This document shows positions 1-10,694 of a stretch of 64,000 bases of DNA, in pieces; the stretch's first letter is position 1; the number at the start of each line of letters is the position of its first letter. Made by a program: the position numbers and the translations under genes. The notes under the pieces were generated by a model. That model ran no database searches. It was not told the origin of the DNA and saw only the letters and a list, made by a program, of their open reading frames with translations. This DNA comes from Candidatus Woesearchaeota archaeon (GTDB taxonomy: Archaea; Nanobdellota; Nanobdellia; Woesearchaeales; JAAOYA01). Location: assembly GCA_018221105.1 (NCBI GenBank), contig JAAOYA010000005.1, forward strand, positions 1-64,000, read 5' to 3'.

Positions 1-3000
1 CTGATGACAGCCCAAACACTATCTATTAAGTCACCGCCAATATTAATGCTTGGAATCGAAACTGAAATGTTTATTGTCTCATTGATATGAGCGTGATTAG
101 TTGTGGTGATTGTGCTTGTAGCGTTTTGATTGCTTAAGTTAATGTTAACCGCTATTATCGTGCTGTTTTGGCCTGTGTTGCCAAACTCGTCTGTGAAGTT
201 CACTGTGACATTGTGCCATCCTGCAGTTAGTGGTACGATAAGTGTGTAATTGTAGTAACCGCTAGCGTTTGTCGCGACTGGCTTGTAACCTAGTGTTACG
301 TTGTAAACCTCAGGAGTAATACTTGTATCGTTAGTTTCAAAAAATAATTTGTACTTAAAATATCCTCCTGTGATATTTGTTAGCATTGTAAAATTCTGCA
401 CTCCGCTACCATTGACTAAATTGTAGTAAGTGCTTGATGTTCCGTCACTACCAACAAAGTTAGAATCGATATCTGATGAGTTGTAACTGCCAGCAATTTG
501 GAATTTAACACTAGTATTGGTTAGAACACTAGCATCCACTGTCACAGAATCCAACAGTGCTGCTGCGTCTGTCTGAATTAGTTGAGAGGTGAAAGTAGCG
601 CTTGACGCGTAAGCGTTCGGATTGTATTCTTTTACGTTTAAGTATCCTGAAGGATTGGGGTAACCAAAGATTATTTTACCATCACTTTTAGCGTCTAAAT
701 CTGTAAATACTTCGTAGTCACTACCTGCTGAAGTTTCTGTTAATTGTGTGTTCCAATCACTTCCATTATAGCTTGAATAGTATACTGTTGTTGGAACTCG
801 ACTAATATGAGTCATTCCTGCCGGTTGATCTGTTAATGGATCGATTATTACTGCACCCATTCGCTGGTCTGAAGAAGAATGACTATATGTTGTTCCTATT
901 TGTTCAACATCAGTTCCATTAAATTTGAATACTCGATACCCATCACTATTTTGTCCTCCGGTATAATAAATATTGCCTGTTGAATCAACATCAATATCAT
1001 TCCAAAAGGCGTTCGTGGAACCGGGCAGTGTTTGATTACTCCAGGATTTATTAGTTAAATTATATATTGCTAGATTATTATTATATATGTTTATTAGTCT
1101 GTTTCTTGGAGTATCATGGTATAGTCTTACACCGTGAGTAAACACTACTTGTGTTTCGTTTAAGTATGATCCATTCCAAATTGCAAAAACGCTTCCAGTA
1201 GTATTATGGTACAACATGTAAACATTATCACCAACCATTGCCATAGGTGATGTTCTGCCTTGTTGTTGATTAACGTATTTTGTAAATTGTGCTTCAAAAT
1301 CAGTACCATTCCACACAAGCAAAGTCATGTTTTGTATTGTTCTTCTCTGACCAAATAAATACGGATAATTATTACTAGAATTAATATCTACCATTCCCTT
1401 AAAAGATATTACGTTGGTGTCAAAAATTGTAGTCCCCCACGAACCGTTGTACTTTGAATAATAACAATTGTTCAGTGTACAACTGAAAGCGTGAAAATTA
1501 TCTGTACCGTTTTCGTAATGTAAATTAAAGCCTGCATCAATACTTACCATGTAGTGTGATGATGCTGTTCCAAAGTCAGTCCAAGCACCTTCATAAGCTA
1601 TTGTTAGATTGTTAGTGTTTGCTTGCGTGCTTGAGTGCGCGCCACTGTCCCAACTACTATCACTGTCTTCTGTGTAATTGATTGTTGGAACTTGCGCTTG
1701 GTATGGCGCCCAATTGAAAATTGTTGCTAGGATTCCATCTATCCACAAACTGATTTTTTGGTATGCGAATGCTAGGCCGTCCTCCCAAGCTGCAAGGCCT
1801 GTTACTAGAATGCTTTGCAGGGCGTCAGCGATTGCTGGAATAACGCCGATTCCTATTGTAGTGTTTTGTACTGTGAAGTTAAAGATTCCGCTGGTGTCGT
1901 TGTTGCCAATATTGTCTGACGCGTAAACTTGCCAGTAAATTGTTCTTGCTTGTGTGCCGTTGGGGATTTGTTTTGTTATGTTGGACCAGTCGCCGTTGAT
2001 GCCTGTACCAAAGTTTTGCCATGTGTCATTAGTCCAACCACTGCCTGTGTTCCAGGAAAACTTGTACTGATTGAGTGTTGTCTCGCCATTATCTGTCCAG
2101 TTAAGTCTGAATTCAACGTTGTCCAATGGTTTTGGTTTTGTACTAGCTGAAGCATCACTGACTATTTCAGAATCGTCTAAGTTGTAGACTTCTTGATAAT
2201 CATAAACTGGCGCTAGTGTGTCAGGAGTTATTTGTATAATACCGTTGTAAGTTTGCGTTTCAAATAAACTACTTTCGCATGTGATGTTGTAAGTGTAATT
2301 GCCAACTGTTGAAAAATTGGTTTGATATTTGTATAAATCACTTGTTTTTGTAAATGTTTTGTTAAACGTGTTATTTATGCTAATGTAACAAGTAGTTAGT
2401 GGTTGGAAAAACAAGCTTACCCTGTCAGCATTCCTATCTGTTGTTGCAATATCCATTAATCCATCATTGTTCAAATCAGCAATCGCTACCATGTTGCCTG
2501 TGAGAGCTCCTGTACTGTAGTAATTGTTGCAACTTGTGTCGTTTGCTTTGTCACCCCACCCGTTTGTTGGCTGCAGGCATAAGTGAACCGCGTCGTCAGT
2601 TCCACTGTCTGCTATTGCGCCATCTAATAGTCCGTCATTGTTCAAATCTCCGAGTGCTAAGTCAGATGCTGATGTACCACCATATTGGTAGCGTGCATTG
2701 TAATCTGTTCCGTTGCTTCTTGTTTGAAAACCTCCAACGTCTTGGAAATATAGCATGAATCGATCTGGGTTAGAGTTATCCGCTATTGCAACGTCGTCTA
2801 ATCCGTCATCATTCAAATCCCCTGTTTTAATAGCGTAAGCACCACCTATACTATCACGCCAGTGGTCGTAGTTGCTGCCATTTGCTTTATCGCTCCAATC
2901 ACCGCTTGATGGTTGAAAGTAAAAGTCTATATCGCTTGACCCTGGAGATCCTACTACTATGTCTAACAAGCTATCATTGTTAAAATATCCAGTGGCGACA

Positions 3001-6000
3001 TCGTATGGGTTTGAATGTGTGTTGTAGTGCAAGTCTGATAAACTGCCATTAGCACGACTTGACCAACCGCTTAATGGCTGGAAATACAAGTCTATTTCAG
3101 TAGCACTAAAAGATACTGTGACTATATCTGTTAATCCATCATTGTTCAAGTCCCCGCCTGACACCCCATAATTAGTCCCTCCGCTAGCCGCGTAATACAC
3201 GTCTCGCTCACTGTTATTAGCTTTGTCTGACCAATTACCGCTAGATGGAGCAAATAATAAGCTTACCTGTGACCCGGTGTTAACCACTCCTACGTCTGTA
3301 AATGTGTCATTGTTCAAATCTGTAAGTATTAATCTTCTAGGACTGCTTCCTGTTTGATGATACGCGTCGCTTACGCTGTTATTGGCTTTTTCATACCAAT
3401 CTCCACTTGAAGGTTGAAAGAACATACGTACTGTTCCAGCACTACTATCAACTACCGCTATGTCTAATAACCCATCATTTGTAAGGTCTGCTATGGCAAT
3501 TCCGTCTGGCTGGTTAATATAAAAATATAGCTCTCCGCCAGTATTATTGTCCTTAAGATTCCAAGAGTTAAAAGTGGTTATGAGTTCGCTGTTATCATCT
3601 CTTGACCAATTGGTCCAAAAATTTACACCTTGGCCTGTTAGGTATGTTGGGTAAGTGCTGCCAATATCTGTTTTTATTGAAAGGTTAAAATCAGTGTATT
3701 GGCTGATGTTAATAACTCCACTATCGTAAAGATTGTTGTTTTCCCAAACTTCTTCAATAACTCCAACTTCGTCTACTGTGACGTTTATTGTGTGACTGTC
3801 TCCTCCTTCGCCTGTTAGTACTGTTCTAGTGCAGCTTGAATAATTGTAAGCTCCAGCACTAATATTAACTAAATAAGAATCGAATAAAGTATCATCAAAA
3901 TAACAAGATACGTTTGCATCAGTTGCTGTAGCAGTACCACTGTTGGAAATATTAATGTAAGTGTATAATGTTTCATTAGACCAAATATCGGGGTGCGTGA
4001 CAGAAGTCAAGTTTAAGTCTGGCGTTGGCTGAATAGTTACGTTGCTCTCAATTATTTGTGTTTGGTATCCTCCTTTACTGCAATTAACATCCCAATCAAT
4101 TATTCCATCTATAGAAAACGAAGCGTTGTACTCCCACAAGTTCAAAGATGAATTCCAAGTCATGCCTGCGGTGAAATCTGTGATGTTTGCATACGCGCCT
4201 TTTTTGTACAAATCAAAAATCTCAGTTGATGACAATGTTTTATTGTAAATCACTACTTCATCAATTAAACCTTTGAATTGGTGTCCGCTTAAATCATTTC
4301 CTATTTCCAAGTCTTCGGTGCCATCAGGAATTGTCTCGGTGTAAGTTGTGCTATCTACATATTCTCCGTTTAGATAAAAACTTACATTAGAATTGTTTCT
4401 AACAAATGCTACATGAGTCCAAGTTTGTGCTGGGATATAAGCAATATCACTCCATACTAGACCCCAATTACCAGTTGTGTTATCTCCTAACACAAAATTT
4501 ATTCTTTCATCTGCGCTAACAGTAATCCTGTGTTCTCTATGATTATCCGACGATCCTTTTCCAAGTATTGCTCTGTGATCAGCGAAACTATCAATGTTAA
4601 ACCACGCAGCCATTACAAAGGTGTCATTAACGTATAAACTAGGATGGTCAGAGATTTGGATGTCATCATCTATTCCATTAAACCTAAAAGAACTATTTAG
4701 TTTCCCAATCACATCATAAGCCGGGCAAGTAGTGCAACTCCCATTATTAATGCCAAGCGCCGAGTCAACAAAGTAATTATCATCTTCACCAATACTAGAA
4801 TCGTTGTTTAAGTGCAAAAGCAACACAGTGTTTGAATCAGGTGTTATCTCTGTTTTGTTATCAGAAAAGCTTATCTCGCATTGTGCTGTTTGCATTGCGT
4901 ATAAGTTATTTTGAGAGGTAGCAGTTGACACCACAATCATATCTTTTAAGCCGTCGTTTGCGTCTACTGCCCTAACAGCTGCTTGAGATGCGTAACTAGC
5001 ACTACCGACTGCTGCTTTAACATCTTGTTTGTAAAGCAATGTTGCGTTTTCGTCAAGTATTAACGCGTGATTAATAGGGTCACCGTATCCTCCAACTAGT
5101 ATCTCGTCTGTTCCATCATAATTAACATCTCCTGCGTGAAGGCTGTAACCGTAAGCACTTGTGCCTTCAGCAAAGTCATATACCCATTCAGCACCAGCGG
5201 AGTGGTTAAATTGGGCTACCATTGTAGTTGTTGTTGGAGAGTTATCTCTAAACGCCACAACCAATTTATCCTGATTAGTGATAACTGTGTCGTAATTGTA
5301 AAATGCGCCTGTACCAGGCGCGCCGATGCTTTGATAAGTGCTGTTCCACGCAGCTCCTCCGCTTCTACGGCCAAGATACACATCGTTTAATCCATCATTG
5401 TCTATGTCGTATATAGCTCCTGTTGATGGACCAATACCATTGTCTCCTGACGCGAATAATTGTGATCCATTAAAACTGTAAACCCAAACTTGTGGTGAGC
5501 CTCCCACATATAAGATTTCGTATTCTCCATCGCTGCCAACATCTCCTACGTGTATTTCCTTGATATCATCGCTGTGAGAGTCACTCCAGTAGGTACTCCC
5601 ATTAGATAAATAAACACCTAAAAAATTGTTTCCTCCTGCTGCTACGTCGTCAACGCCGTCATAGTTGAAATCAGCAACGTCAACTGCATAGAATAAACCT
5701 GTAATTGTACCTATTTGACCTCCTGTTTCATTGTAAAAGAATAATCCTCCCGGATTATAGGATGGAACCACTATGTCATCAACGTATCCATCACCATCAA
5801 AGTCTCCTTTGTCAATCTCATATGTTGTAATGTTAGCTGTTAATATTGGCCACCCATTCGTGTAGTTTGAACCGTTATTATAGTAAGCGTATAAGTCTCC
5901 AGCGTTAGTTGAGACAATAATTTCCTGGTCTCCATCGTGGTCTAAGTCAACTATTTCCAACGCGTAAGCTGTGTCCCCTCCACCAACAAGTATTTCCCAA

Positions 6001-9000
6001 ATCAAAGGACTAATAATGCTATTGTCAGACAACGACCAGTTCGCGTAGAACCGTGTTTGCTCATTCATCACCACTGTGGTTTCATTGCTTAAAGGATTAG
6101 TTTCTGAATCGTTTTCTTGATCAAAGATGTTTAGACTTGTGTTCCAGTTAACCATGACATCATCAAAAGTATTGATGGGAATCAGTGAAACTTCTGTGCA
6201 ATTAACTAAGAAGGTGTGATTGTTACGGCCAGATTCTGCAAAGCCACTTGCATCAGTGTAATTATAGATGTTGTTAGTGCTGTCCCATGTCATGCTATAA
6301 TAACTTGAGTAGCTTTCTTTTTCAAAACTAATCGAACAATTGCTACTGTAATTAGTTGGGTCAGCAACTGTGCCGTTAGTATAAGTTAAGTTGGCAAAGA
6401 AATCAACTGAGTCATTTCGCCACAAATCAGTGTGAGTACCTACAGCCATGTTAAAATCTGTTGTGTCCCAAATCTCCATTTGAAGATTGGCTTTGGTTGT
6501 GTAACTTGAAAAACTTGCCACGTCAAAGATTAGATTTCCTGAAGAATAACTGGTAAAATTGCAAGAAGGCACCCCGCAGTATTGTCTGTCTTTTAAAATT
6601 ACAAATTTGTTTCTGTTAGCCCATGACAAACCATACATAGACAAAGTTGCTGTTTTGTTTAACTCAGGCAAATTCCCACTATCTATTGAAATGTTGTTTG
6701 ATTGAATCTTGACATACGCGTCCAAGTCTTTACCACTTACATCGATTAGTTGGCTTCCAAACTCTATTTTCCCAGTTGCCGTGTTTTCTAAAACTAAGTT
6801 ATTGACTTGGGATAAATTAACTTCATAGTCAAAGTCAGTTGTTACACCGTTAAAACTGTTAGCTGTTGGACTAGTACCGATTTGTGTCACATTCAAAGAA
6901 ATATTAATCACTCCAGTAATGCCATCGTTTTCTGCTTCAACCACTACGCTACGGTTACCGATAGGAGATGGAACAGATACATTATATTCATAATAACCAT
7001 TTGAGTCAGATGCAGTTGTTAAGTAATTAACACTTAAACTAGATAATGTTGCTGCGGTGTCTCCATCGGTGTCTAATGTTGCTTTGTATTGTATCCAAGT
7101 GTCATTGACAGCGTCGCTGTGCAAAGTGTTTGTTGTTAATTCGCCACTAGTTTCATAATAATCATTTGTACTTGTTGACCCGTACCAATCTGTCCAAGTA
7201 CCAGGCGAACCAGCGTTGTCAGCAGCTGTTCTTATCTGAATCTTTACAGTTCCACTACCGCTAAAGTCAACTGAATAAACCCTTGTCAAGTTTGAGCCTG
7301 TGTTGTAAGGGTTTGATATTAAATTTGATGGGTAATAGCTTTCTAAGGGTTTACTATAAAAATTAACGGTTCCCCCGCCTCGAGTATAATATACAGTGTT
7401 TTCATTAATAGTAAAAGTCGCACCGTTATAATTTCCTACAGGTAAATCTGTGTATGAACTCCATGTATCTGTATCTATAGCATATTGCTCTGTGTACACT
7501 TGATTATTAGCGGCGCCTCTAATAAAGTATAATTTGTTTAAGTCAGCGTTGTAAGCGGTGTTTGAATACAATCCAGCACCCACGTTTTCAGACGCCGTTG
7601 AAATCGTCTCCCAGGTGTCTGTGACTATTGTGTATCTTACTAGTTTGTAGTTTGAGGCAATTGTGTATAAATAATCTCCTGCGCTTACAAGGTCGCTTCC
7701 TTGAGCAATGTTTTCTGTTAGGTTTGCTAGTTGAGTCCAATTATTATCTGTTATGTTATAAGCGTAAAAAGTTTTTTGATTATATATTGGCAATGCATAT
7801 ATTAATTCACCTCCATCCCAGCTAAGGCTCCCACCATTATCAGCCACTATTGGGATGTCTGGTAGAACACTCCACGTATCGTTTGTGATGTTGTACGCCC
7901 AGAATTCTTGTGAGTCTGTACCTCTCAAACCATATATTAAGTCGCCGCCATCCCAGGCTAAGCTTGCACCTGCAGCGTAAATACTTGATGGAGCCGCTGC
8001 TAATTCGTTAAAAGTTGTCCAAGAGTTATCTGAGACGTTGTATCTTACGAAATAAGCGTTGTTATTACCACTAAAAAAGTACATGTAATCTTTTGCGTAT
8101 TCATCAGGTGTATCTGTATAAGCAAAACTTGTAGATGAAGAAGTTAAAGTAATCCATGTGTCGCTGTCAAAAACGTTTAAGAACAAACCGCTTGAAGTGT
8201 TTAAGTAATCACCTATGAATCCTTCATCGCTATTGTTGTAGTACTGTGTCCATCCGGTGCTACTCGCGTACCCTGTTGTGTTGACACCGCTTGACCAATC
8301 TGTTTGGGTGAAGCTTCCATCAACGTAGACTTCGCCGTTTGTAGTTATCTTTATCGGCGCTTCAACAGCTGAGCCGTTTGTCAGATTCACATATCCGCTC
8401 ACAGATATGTTTTGAGAACTGTTTTGTGTTGATGGAACAACGCTTCCACTCACAAGCAAACTCTCATTTAAGTAGTTGAATGTGACGTTGTAAAGCTTAG
8501 GACTCGTCGTGTTGTAACTCGTGCTCAAAACCGCTTTGTATTGAAAATACTGATTAGTCTCCAAACTAAGCTCTGTCAAAGTATTGTTTGTGTAAGGACC
8601 ACTCCAACTCTCCCCGCTGCAAGCAGCGTCGTCACAAGAACGAGCGTAGAATGTTGTTGTGTTTCTTGGACCAGTATATGTATAGTTTTTTATGCCTCTT
8701 TGATATAAATCTATGATTTCTTGGGAAGACAAGGTTTTTTCATAAATTGCTACTTCATCAAGTAATCCGTGGTGATCAAGCGCAGAGTTACTATATGAAC
8801 TTCTTCCAATGTAAGTGTTGTTTTCTCCATGAAAATCGTTTAACATTGTTCCATTAGCAACATTTACTCCATCTCGATAAATAATTAATTCTTTGTTTGA
8901 AGTGTTATATGTTCCAGTCCAGAAGTGCCAGTCTGTATCATTATAAGTTGCAACAGTTGTTACCTCATCAATGCCGTCTACATCTATGTCGAATTGAACT

Positions 9001-10508
9001 GTGTTATCATTTATAAATCCGAATCTCATAGCATCTGTTGTAAGCGTGCCTCCTATTCCAAAGATTGTATCGTATTCATCTATATTGTCTCTTTTTGCCC
9101 ATGCAACAAGTGAAAAATCTTTGTTGGCTAAATCAATACCTGTACCATGACTTATTTCTACTCCTGTGAAATTGTATGCTCCTAAGATTTTTCCAGAAGA
9201 GGTATAATTTGGGCAATCACCTACTGTGCATGAACCATGATTATTATATCCACTAAAATCATAGAAAAACGTGTCGTTTTCATTGTAATCAGAATCATTA
9301 TTTAAATGAAGTAAAAGAACTGTTGAATCTTCAGCATCTATTTCATAAAGCTTTGTTTCTTGCTCCCAGCTTATGTTTTTCCACGTGACGTTTTTGCCTG
9401 CGTTAAAGATTGCTGATTCGTATGTTCCAGTTGAAACATATGCTCCGCCGGATTGATTGAGCTCGATGTAGGTTCCGTTGACTTGTGTGTCGTTGTGCGA
9501 GCCTTGACCACTCCAATCACTAGCGTTCTCAGTAACAGAGACGCCGACCCAAGCTGAAAAATGGTCAACGTCAAAGACTGCCTTGCCGCCTATAATGTTA
9601 AAACTCATTTGAGCTTCAACCCACTTATTTCCAGGACACTTGTTTTGAACAAAATTGAAGTTTTTACAGTAAAGAATTTCGTCAACATTATCAAAGGCTT
9701 CAAGTTCTATTGTTGCATTATCGATTACGATATCGTTGATTGCGAAAACTTCTGTTGAGTACTCGTAGCGTTTAGCTCCTTTGTAAAAATTGCCGTTTAA
9801 CACTCCAGTGTACAAGTCTGTAATATCAGCTGGCAGGTAATCGCCTTTGATTGTTGCTTTTGTCTTTGAGTTTTCTCCTTCAATTACTAGTTCTGTCTTG
9901 TTGGCAAAGCGCTCGAGTTTTTTGAACAATACTTTCTTGCCTGCGAACTTTTCTTCAAGTTTTGTTAACTCTTGCAGTTTATCAAAAGCTTCAATTACTG
10001 GTTCTGTTACATTATCTTCAACTATTGGTTCTTCAATTGTTGCATTATCATCAACAATTGTTGTGTTTGTCTTGTTAAGGACAGGCTCCTGCAAAGGCGC
10101 AGGAGCTGTGTCGTTAACGTTATCTTGTGATTGTTGCTCTGTTGTGGTGTTTTGGGCGGGCAACAATTCACTAGAATTTAAATCGGCGACTGAAAACGTG
10201 GTGTTGACAAACTCTGAGTAGCCAGCACCCCAAAGTAGTGCTTCTACAAAGTAATCGCCATAAAGTGTTGGAATATAAACGAGCTGTGATACGATAACTG
10301 TTTTGTTCGGGTGCTCAATTGTCAAAGAAAAGTTAGCGTTAGGTGGTGTGATGTTGAAGTTTACTTGTTCACTAAAAGAATACTTGTCTTTGTCTGTTGT
10401 AATGTTAAACGTTAATGGCGTTGAATTAAGTGCTAATACTATAGGAAGAATAAATATGACTAGCAAGACTATTGCTACTAGTGACCTCTTTTTTTTACTG
10501 TTGCCCAC
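1..10508 (-). CDS. Giant secreted/surface protein, >3500 aa, C-terminus outside the window. Signal peptide, 2 LamG-like domains (~9320-8700, ~4850-4230), Kelch-like repeats (~8100-7350), FG-GAP/VCBS repeats (~6000-5000, ~3520-2400)
   Basis: GTG at 10508 preceded by GGTG; reads MGNSKKKRSLVAIVLLVIFILPIVLA. The same frame still reads as protein at base 1 (SIPSINIGGDLIDSVWAVI). The ORF track has no closed ORF in this frame, consistent with no stop. Motifs read by hand: LLLHLNND..DEVAIYEKTLS, GGDLIYGLRG..FWAYNITNDTW, repeated DLNxDGxxD. Confidence 0.9.
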   Translation of the reverse strand, partial: MGNSKKKRSLVAIVLLVIFILPIVLALNSTPLTFNITTDKDKYSFSEQVNFNITPPNANFSLTIEHPNKTVIVSQLVYIPTLYGDYFVEALLWGAGYSEFVNTTFSVADLNSSELLPAQNTTTEQQSQDNVNDTAPAPLQEPVLNKTNTTIVDDNATIEEPIVEDNVTEPVIEAFDKLQELTKLEEKFAGKKVLFKKLERFANKTELVIEGENSKTKATIKGDYLPADITDLYTGVLNGNFYKGAKRYEYSTEVFAINDIVIDNATIELEAFDNVDEILYCKNFNFVQNKCPGNKWVEAQMSFNIIGGKAVFDVDHFSAWVGVSVTENASDWSGQGSHNDTQVNGTYIELNQSGGAYVSTGTYESAIFNAGKNVTWKNISWEQETKLYEIDAEDSTVLLLHLNNDSDYNENDTFFYDFSGYNNHGSCTVGDCPNYTSSGKILGAYNFTGVEISHGTGIDLANKDFSLVAWAKRDNIDEYDTIFGIGGTLTTDAMRFGFINDNTVQFDIDVDGIDEVTTVATYNDTDWHFWTGTYNTSNKELIIYRDGVNVANGTMLNDFHGENNTYIGRSSYSNSALDHHGLLDEVAIYEKTLSSQEIIDLYQRGIKNYTYTGPRNTTTFYARSCDDAACSGESWSGPYTNNTLTELSLETNQYFQYKAVLSTSYNTTSPKLYNVTFNYLNESLLVSGSVVPSTQNSSQNISVSGYVNLTNGSAVEAPIKITTNGEVYVDGSFTQTDWSSGVNTTGYASSTGWTQYYNNSDEGFIGDYLNTSSGLFLNVFDSDTWITLTSSSTSFAYTDTPDEYAKDYMYFFSGNNNAYFVRYNVSDNSWTTFNELAAAPSSIYAAGASLAWDGGDLIYGLRGTDSQEFWAYNITNDTWSVLPDIPIVADNGGSLSWDGGELIYALPIYNQKTFYAYNITDNNWTQLANLTENIAQGSDLVSAGDYLYTIASNYKLVRYTIVTDTWETISTASENVGAGLYSNTAYNADLNKLYFIRGAANNQVYTEQYAIDTDTWSSYTDLPVGNYNGATFTINENTVYYTRGGGTVNFYSKPLESYYPSNLISNPYNTGSNLTRVYSVDFSGSGTVKIQIRTAADNAGSPGTWTDWYGSTSTNDYYETSGELTTNTLHSDAVNDTWIQYKATLDTDGDTAATLSSLSVNYLTTASDSNGYYEYNVSVPSPIGNRSVVVEAENDGITGVINISLNVTQIGTSPTANSFNGVTTDFDYEVNLSQVNNLVLENTATGKIEFGSQLIDVSGKDLDAYVKIQSNNISIDSGNLPELNKTATLSMYGLSWANRNKFVILKDRQYCGVPSCNFTSYSSGNLIFDVASFSSYTTKANLQMEIWDTTDFNMAVGTHTDLWRNDSVDFFANLTYTNGTVADPTNYSSNCSISFEKESYSSYYSMTWDSTNNIYNYTDASGFAESGRNNHTFLVNCTEVSLIPINTFDDVMVNWNTSLNIFDQENDSETNPLSNETTVVMNEQTRFYANWSLSDNSIISPLIWEILVGGGDTAYALEIVDLDHDGDQEIIVSTNAGDLYAYYNNGSNYTNGWPILTANITTYEIDKGDFDGDGYVDDIVVPSYNPGGLFFYNETGGQIGTITGLFYAVDVADFNYDGVDDVAAGGNNFLGVYLSNGSTYWSDSHSDDIKEIHVGDVGSDGEYEILYVGGSPQVWVYSFNGSQLFASGDNGIGPSTGAIYDIDNDGLNDVYLGRRSGGAAWNSTYQSIGAPGTGAFYNYDTVITNQDKLVVAFRDNSPTTTTMVAQFNHSAGAEWVYDFAEGTSAYGYSLHAGDVNYDGTDEILVGGYGDPINHALILDENATLLYKQDVKAAVGSASYASQAAVRAVDANDGLKDMIVVSTATSQNNLYAMQTAQCEISFSDNKTEITPDSNTVLLLHLNNDSSIGEDDNYFVDSALGINNGSCTTCPAYDVIGKLNSSFRFNGIDDDIQISDHPSLYVNDTFVMAAWFNIDSFADHRAILGKGSSDNHREHRITVSADERINFVLGDNTTGNWGLVWSDIAYIPAQTWTHVAFVRNNSNVSFYLNGEYVDSTTYTETIPDGTEDLEIGNDLSGHQFKGLIDEVVIYNKTLSSTEIFDLYKKGAYANITDFTAGMTWNSSLNLWEYNASFSIDGIIDWDVNCSKGGYQTQIIESNVTIQPTPDLNLTSVTHPDIWSNETLYTYINISNSGTATATDANVSCYFDDTLFDSYLVNISAGAYNYSSCTRTVLTGEGGDSHTINVTVDEVGVIEEVWENNNLYDSGVINISQYTDFNLSIKTDIGSTYPTYLTGQGVNFWTNWSRDDNSELITTFNSWNLKDNNTGGELYFYINQPDGIAIADLTNDGLLDIAVVDSSAGTVRMFFQPSSGDWYEKANNSVSDAYHQTGSSPRRLILTDLNNDTFTDVGVVNTGSQVSLLFAPSSGNWSDKANNSERDVYYAASGGTNYGVSGGDLNNDGLTDIVTVSFSATEIDLYFQPLSGWSSRANGSLSDLHYNTHSNPYDVATGYFNNDSLLDIVVGSPGSSDIDFYFQPSSGDWSDKANGSNYDHWRDSIGGAYAIKTGDLNDDGLDDVAIADNSNPDRFMLYFQDVGGFQTRSNGTDYNARYQYGGTSASDLALGDLNNDGLLDGAIADSGTDDAVHLCLQPTNGWGDKANDTSCNNYYSTGALTGNMVAIADLNNDGLMDIATTDRNADRVSLFFQPLTTCYISINNTFNKTFTKTSDLYKYQTNFSTVGNYTYNITCESSLFETQTYNGIIQITPDTLAPVYDYQEVYNLDDSEIVSDASASTKPKPLDNVEFRLNWTDNGETTLNQYKFSWNTGSGWTNDTWQNFGTGINGDWSNITKQIPNGTQARTIYWQVYASDNIGNNDTSGIFNFTVQNTTIGIGVIPAIADALQSILVTGLAAWEDGLAFAYQKISLWIDGILATIFNWAPYQAQVPTINYTEDSDSSWDSGAHSSTQANTNNLTIAYEGAWTDFGTASSHYMVSIDAGFNLHYENGTDNFHAFSCTLNNCYYSKYNGSWGTTIFDTNVISFKGMVDINSSNNYPYLFGQRRTIQNMTLLVWNGTDFEAQFTKYVNQQQGRTSPMAMVGDNVYMLYHNTTGSVFAIWNGSYLNETQVVFTHGVRLYHDTPRNRLINIYNNNLAIYNLTNKSWSNQTLPGSTNAFWNDIDVDSTGNIYYTGGQNSDGYRVFKFNGTDVEQIGTTYSHSSSDQRMGAVIIDPLTDQPAGMTHISRVPTTVYYSSYNGSDWNTQLTETSAGSDYEVFTDLDAKSDGKIIFGYPNPSGYLNVKEYNPNAYASSATFTSQLIQTDAAALLDSVTVDASVLTNTSVKFQIAGSYNSSDIDSNFVGSDGTSSTYYNLVNGSGVQNFTMLTNITGGYFKYKLFFETNDTSITPEVYNVTLGYKPVATNASGYYNYTLIVPLTAGWHNVTVNFTDEFGNTGQNSTIIAVNINLSNQNATSTITTTNHAHINETINISVSIPSINIGGDLIDSVWAVI

Positions 10509-10694
10509 CCTAAAAACACCACGTAATCAATGTAGTACTAAATTAATACAATAAATAGTTTAACTGCAGGCTTTGCTATATAAAGGTTTTTATTTTCTTT
10601 AGAGAAAAAAACAACAATTAAAACAAAAAACGCGTTATTACTATGTTAGTACTAACATAATTATTAAATAAAAACAAAAAAAACAATTGTTACT

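Noticed and set aside
1678..10554. Short ORFs listed in the track across 1.7-10.5 kb
   Set aside because: Antisense or off-frame shadows of the giant minus-strand gene.
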